A DNA stretch of 64,000 nt from Eledone cirrhosa (taxonomy: Eukaryota). Location of the stretch: contig OZ024763.1 in assembly GCA_964016885.1 (NCBI GenBank), positions 27,838,001-27,902,000 of the forward strand, read 5' to 3'. The first letter of the stretch is position 1; each line of letters opens with the position of its first letter. The notes beneath the pieces were generated by a model, which saw only the letters and a list, made by a program, of their open reading frames with translations, was not told where the DNA came from and did not search any database. Made by a program: the position numbers and the translations under genes. Below, one piece after another: positions 57,659 through 64,000 of the stretch.

Positions 57659-58419
57659 AAACATAATAGACAAGGTGTAGCAGACATATTGGCAACAACA
57701 ACAACAACAAAAAAAATAACAGCGGCAGCAGCAGCAGCAGCAGCGATAAAAAGAAAGAAAGAAAGAAAGAAAGAAAGAGAGAAAGAAAGCTAATATAATA
57801 ATAATAATTATTATATTAAATCGACCCCAGTGCGTTACTGATACTTTATTTTATCGACCATGTAAGGATGAAAGACAAAGCTATCCTTGGTGGGATTTGA
57901 ACTCAGAACGTAGTAAGAAGTAAGTAAAATACCGCAAAGAATTTTATCCCAGGCTCTGACGATTTTGCCGATTCACAATCCTTAAGATTTCTAATATTGA
58001 CAGGGGGCCAGTAATTTAAAGGGATTCCATAGTCAATTAAAAACGATATACCCTACCCGCCCTGCTGACATCACTAGTAGTTTGTTCTTCAAACCCTCAG
58101 AATGGTGAAAGAGGGTTAAGTTGTCTTTCACTCTGAATGCAAAGAACTGGAACGTAGATGAAAGTAGAGATAGTAAAAGAGTCGGTGACAAATATATATA
58201 TATATATATCATATATATATATCATATATATATATATTATATATATATATATATATTATATATATATATTATATATATATATTATATATATATATATCAT
58301 ATATATATATATCATATATATATATATATATATCATATATATATCATATATATATATATAATATATATAAATATATTATATATATATCATATATATAAAT
58401 ATATTATATATATATATAA

Positions 58420-58466
<47 letters not shown>

Positions 58467-58577
58467 TATATATATATATATACATCATATATATATATAT
58501 ATACATCATATATATACATATATATACATCATATATATATATATATATACATCATATATATACATCATATATATATA

Positions 58578-58623
<46 letters not shown>

Positions 58624-58736
58624 TATATATATATATCATATATATATATATATCATATATATATATATACATATATATCATATATATATATATATCATAT
58701 ATATATATATACATCATATATATATATATATATATA

Positions 58737-58782
<46 letters not shown>

Positions 58783-59058
58783 TATATATATACATATACG
58801 TACATATAATAAATAGCACGTAGACGTACGGGAGAGCACCATTTGTTTGTGTTGTTTTGTTTTGTTTTAATTAAAGGAAATTAATTTAATCAGATGACAA
58901 ACTTATGATGATGATGATGATGATGATAATGAGGAAGGTGGTGATGAGGTTGATGATGAGGTGAGAGTGAGAGGGTGGGGAGAGTAAGTAGAATGAAACG
59001 TATTGAACAGGTACTTGAAAAGTTAATGGGTATAAATAAATATATATATACGTACATA

Positions 59059-59128
<70 letters not shown>

Positions 59129-59439
59129 CTTTACTTGGTATGTAGACAGACCGCAGAAATACGTATTATGTATAGTAATAATAATAAATTTGAAGACTAA
59201 AATCCAAAGAGGGCTCGATAAGGATAAATATATATATCAGATATATAAGAACCGTAGAGCAAATATTTATTAAAATAACAAATTAAAGTTTAGCGATTCT
59301 TTGCTTAAACTTTAATCTGTTATTTCACGGAGTGAAGTGCAGAGGCTTAAATTTAAAACAAAGACAAATATAAATAAAAGAGGGGGGGGGGGGGGCTAAT
59401 AGTTAGACGATTTGCATAGTATGTTATATGTAATATATA

Positions 59440-59491
<52 letters not shown>

Positions 59492-59492
<1 letters not shown>

Positions 59493-59682
59493 GTTATTCC
59501 GGGTTGAATCGGAGGTAACCACAGTAAGTAAGGTACTCAATACATAGCAGAGTAAAAAGTTTAAATATAGATGAGATTCTACAGGACTAGAACTGTTTCA
59601 TTCTTCAGAAATCATCAGATTCCTGATGATTTCTGAAGAATGAAACAGTTAGTCCTGTAGAATCTCATCTATATTTAAACTT
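59492..59682 (-). mobile_element. Palindromic hammerhead island
   Basis: Arms at about 59557-59618 and 59623-59682. Plus-strand HHR at 59618-59664: gattc CTGATGA tttc tgaa gaat GAAA cag ttagtc ctg TA gaatc. Minus-strand tail ACTC..GAGTAC at 59533-59553. Confidence 0.85.
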
Positions 59683-60978
59683 ATATATATATATATATGA
59701 TAAATCCGATATCACATAGTAGCTATAGCTACAAGTACACGAGATTGGAAGAGGTATGTATGACTTCGTTTGGTAGAAAATGATAAATATGCATTCCAAT
59801 AAAGCCATCTGCATCCAGTGTGAAACCAGCTAGTGGCCGACATAATAATGTGTAATATAGTTATTACATGACTATCTATATATAATATATAAACGGCTGT
59901 CTGATGGATGCTATTTAGCTAAATATAAATCAACGCTAGATTTCTTAGATTCTACAGTTATAAAAAGTTCGTCTTAGTACCAAACCTCTTGAAAAAAGCC
60001 CTTCTACAATAGAAACCTCCTTATATATATATCCAAACACTTCTCTTCTTAATCTTATGTAAGACCCTCTGTTGTGTTGTGTTCCAAACACCACCTTAAT
60101 CATTAAATATCTATATAGTTCAATGTCTCCAAATTCTTCAATATTCTTTAAAATCAGTTGAAAATCTTTGGCAGTGTTTTACCTTATAAATATCGTAATA
60201 AAAGGGTTCTCTTGATTTCATAGGCTCTCCAGTTGGGATCTTATACTATTATTGTTATTATTATTATTATAGTTTATTGAGAAGAGAGAGGGTGGGAAGG
60301 GGTAGAGAGAGAAGAAAAATATTTGTATCCAATGTAAAAAGAAATTTACTTTGATATTACATAGACACGTCAATAAATATATATATTTGGTGTGTGTGTG
60401 TTTATTGTGTAGAATTTTGAAAGGTATTTTATAAGCATGACATAATTTTGGAAAATTTTAGAAAATCGGGGCAGAAACATCTACAGGGGTTAAACCAATG
60501 AGCTTGATCATGTGACGGAAAAGAAGAATAACCAATGCGCCAAGGTGAACTGAAAACTTCTAGCCAACAAATTAGCAAGTATATATATACATACATATAT
60601 ATTTATGTATGCATGTTTGTGTGTGTGTATATATATATATATAGTATCCTAAGAATGCAAATTGAAACAAGAAAGCCAAAAATGTTAAATGTTATAAAAT
60701 AAAACTTAAACAAAACAGATAAAAGTACTAAGAAAAAAACAATACAACAAAACAACTATTAATATAGCTGTATATAAACGAAATTTTGTATGCACGTATA
60801 TATATATACATGTATGTATGTATATATTGGAATGCTTGTGGTGTCCTCTAGACAAGGGTTATTAGCATTACAAGAACGACATCTAGAATAAGAAATTAAA
60901 AACAATAACAAAACGGAAACACAAACAAATAATTATATAAACAAACGCATATCACTTCAATAAATAAAAAAAAACGCA

Positions 60979-61019
<41 letters not shown>

Positions 61020-61149
61020 ATAACGATGTTTTAAACACAAATATTTAAACAAATGTATTTTCAAGCAATATATTAATGTATAGATAAATGTATATATAAG
61101 CACACATACAGACGCACACACTATTATATATATACAAGACTTAACATAG

Positions 61150-61188
<39 letters not shown>

Positions 61189-61208
61189 GTATGTATATAT
61201 ATATATAC

Positions 61209-61246
<38 letters not shown>

Positions 61247-61392
61247 GTATATATATACATATAAATATATATATATATCTGTATTTATTTATACATATAA
61301 ATATATATATATATATCTGTATATATATAAATATAAATATATATATCTGTATATATATACATATAAATATATATATATCTGTATATACATAC

Positions 61393-61432
<40 letters not shown>

Positions 61433-62198
61433 TATATATATATAAGCGCCTGGAGATTAGGTCATAATTTGGATCCCTATTATATTCTGCAAAAATTGTT
61501 GTTAATATTGCTGCAGTATTGGACCATGAAACCATAGGTAGCGCTGTTGTTCCGTGTATGAACACTAATAAATTACATTAACTAATATAATATAAGTGTG
61601 TGTCTATGAGTATATAAGTGTGTTGTTTGAGGGAGATATTGCTGTTACTTCTAGCAGACATAATGACCATTTAGAGGTGCACTAATAGGCAGAAGTGTGT
61701 ATGTGTGATCATCATAATTGGTGTTTCTTCTTAATACACCCTCCAATGTATATAGATCATATTCAACTCTTGTTAAGCAGCAGTGGGCATATTATTGGAA
61801 ATTTATTTATTTTGTTTGAGGGTGGGACCGCGGGGGGGGGGGGGGGGGTTAAAGTGAAGATCCTATTATATATCTGATAATTCGTTATTCTATCAACAAA
61901 AGTTTGAAAAACAAAACATATATTTATATATACTAAATCAAAACATATTTATATATACTACAACAAAACCTATATTTATATATAGTTATATATACTAAAA
62001 CAAACATATACATATATTATATATATACTAAAACAAACCTATAAATATATATATTATATATATAATGAAACAAACCTAATATTAATATATATATATATAT
62101 ATATTGAAAAAAAAAACATAAGCACAAATTCACAAACAAAAATAATATTTTTAAATAAAGAATTCTGAAATTTAGCAACAAGTAACAAAACTAAAACA

Positions 62199-62273
<75 letters not shown>

Positions 62274-62668
62274 CACACACATGTATAAATGTGTGTATAT
62301 ATTATAAACACAGAGCGTTTACAGCAAACAAAAACAGAATAAAACAGAAAGAGAAAGGTGTAGTGAAACTATACAATTTGATAATCTTTGTGAAAATATG
62401 ACTGGGAACAAAGAAGAAATGAACAAAAAAATGTGATACTCCAAGGTGGACTTGTGCTAATAATAATAATGATACTAATAACAATGATAACATTGACAGT
62501 GCAAAACTACAAAACAAAACAAAAACAAAAATAACAATAATAGTATTTGTAATGTGTGTATGTGTGTGTATATGTATATATATATATATATATATTATAT
62601 ACATATGTATATATATATTATAAAGAAGAGAGACGGTTTTAAATGTACATCCTCTGTTTAGTATATAA

Positions 62669-62743
62669 ACCTGTTATACGTATTTCGAAGGGATCAAATT
62701 AATTTGTTAATGACCCTTTGACATGTTCTCTCTTCAGACAGGT
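62669..62743 (-). ncRNA. Type I hammerhead motif
   Basis: Reverse complement: acctgt CTGAAGA ..aagggtc..gatccctt c GAAA tacgta TA acaggt. 6-bp stem I, palindrome ATACGTAT. Confidence 0.8.
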
Positions 62744-63754
62744 GGAAAGTCGGTAGACTATCTGATAAACCAGCTTTCCTAAATTGAATAATTTATATAT
62801 ATATATATATATTGAGGATGGTAAACAACCGATTGTGACCCCAAGCTTTTTCGGCTTGTATTCAGCAATCCTTTTCAGAGGTGGACTAATTTCTGGTCTC
62901 CTTGGTCTCAGAACTGTAGGCTCTCTCTCTCTCCATATATATATATATGGATATATATCTGTAAGTTAATGTTAGCATAAATGTGTTGGTATGTTTTATA
63001 GCTCTAAGGTGAGCTGTGAATGAACAGATACATTATTGGCTGCATCTCGGTTTCCAGAATTGCCATTCCTTTCTTCACCCTTTTTCTCATTCAAGAGTGG
63101 CACAAACATGACCTAACAGCCCAGCTAAGGACTTAAGATCAAATGTATTATAACTGTGACCCTCCTGCATAAGGAGACAAAAGGGGATTTGGAGCCAGGA
63201 AAGGCATCTGTTTGTAAAATGTCGCCTCACAAAGGAATGACTCTCTTATGAAGATGAGGTCTATCACAAGGCTCCTTAAGGCTAATCCCTGCATTAACAG
63301 GGAAGCTAGCCTTAAAATACTTGTAGTATTATTGTTACTGTTGTTGTTATATATATATATATGTGTGTGTGTGTATGAATGAGTGAGTGTATTTATATAT
63401 TTATATATTGTCTACAATATTGTAGACCCAAATATACCAGTGTGTATATATATATATATATATATATATGTAATATATGGAAACAAATGTTTATATAAAA
63501 ACAAAAGCATAGCTGCAAGCACAAAAACAAACAAAAAGAAACAAACAAACAAAAAATTCAACAAATTCAATAAAAACAGAATTGAAAAGAAGATTCTCTC
63601 CCACTCAAAAGAACCACTGACTACATAAATAATTATTCAATATATATAATCTATTTTGGTACAAATACTCCCATGGGACTACAATGCAAAACAATAATAA
63701 AGCATTTATGTTTATCTAAAAATCTTCCTTCATAGTTTTATGTAAGAACCTTTA

Positions 63755-64000
63755 TTAACCCTTTAGCATTTAAACCGGCCGTATCCGGCCAGAATTCTCT
63801 GATCTTTTTCTGTAACCGGCCATTCATACTGATGTTAAGGTATTGTTCTCAAAATAAATAATATCAAAATATCATAGATTTGATATTATATGAGATAATT
63901 ATATGAGATAAAGCCTTTACCTCAAAAATACAATAGTATATAGAGTAATATAAATGTTAGAGGTTCGAACCAGCTGTATCTGGTCAGAATTCTCTCACCT
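63755..64000 (+). mobile_element. Possible piggyBac-like non-autonomous element end
   Basis: TTAA-CCCTTTAGCATTTAAACCGGCC start. The other terminus is not in the window. Confidence 0.4.

Noticed and set aside
62840-62885. Degenerate hammerhead-like strings (also about 59876-59915, 47855-47890 and 46670-46700)
   Set aside because: Multiple core mismatches, so too weak to call individually.

Overview
Repeat-saturated animal genomic DNA, most likely from an octopod cephalopod (inferred from the extreme (TA)n/(TG)n load and tRNA-derived SINEs resembling those I recall from Octopus). No intact protein-coding gene is visible. Nearly all listed ORFs are translations of micro/minisatellites. The rest are decayed transposon fragments: L1/Tx1, CRE-like and R4/Dong-like RLE LINEs, RTE LINEs, an internally deleted mariner, and hAT and Tc-like MITEs. 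The main hidden signal is a dense population of short (about 150-650 bp) islands inside (TA)n tracts. They belong to more than ten sequence-unrelated families but share one architecture: a 5' inverted duplication forming a long palindrome, a type I hammerhead ribozyme (usually with a palindromic stem III), and a conserved 3' RCTC-N-GAGY(R)C hairpin that starts just beyond the end of the palindrome. I could parse about 17 hammerhead motifs by eye, including a U3-A8 core variant and versions with 90-200 nt stem II insertions. This fits truncated or non-autonomous Penelope-like retroelement (pLTR) remnants, but no RT/GIY-YIG ORF is present in the window. All structures were read manually and none were computed.
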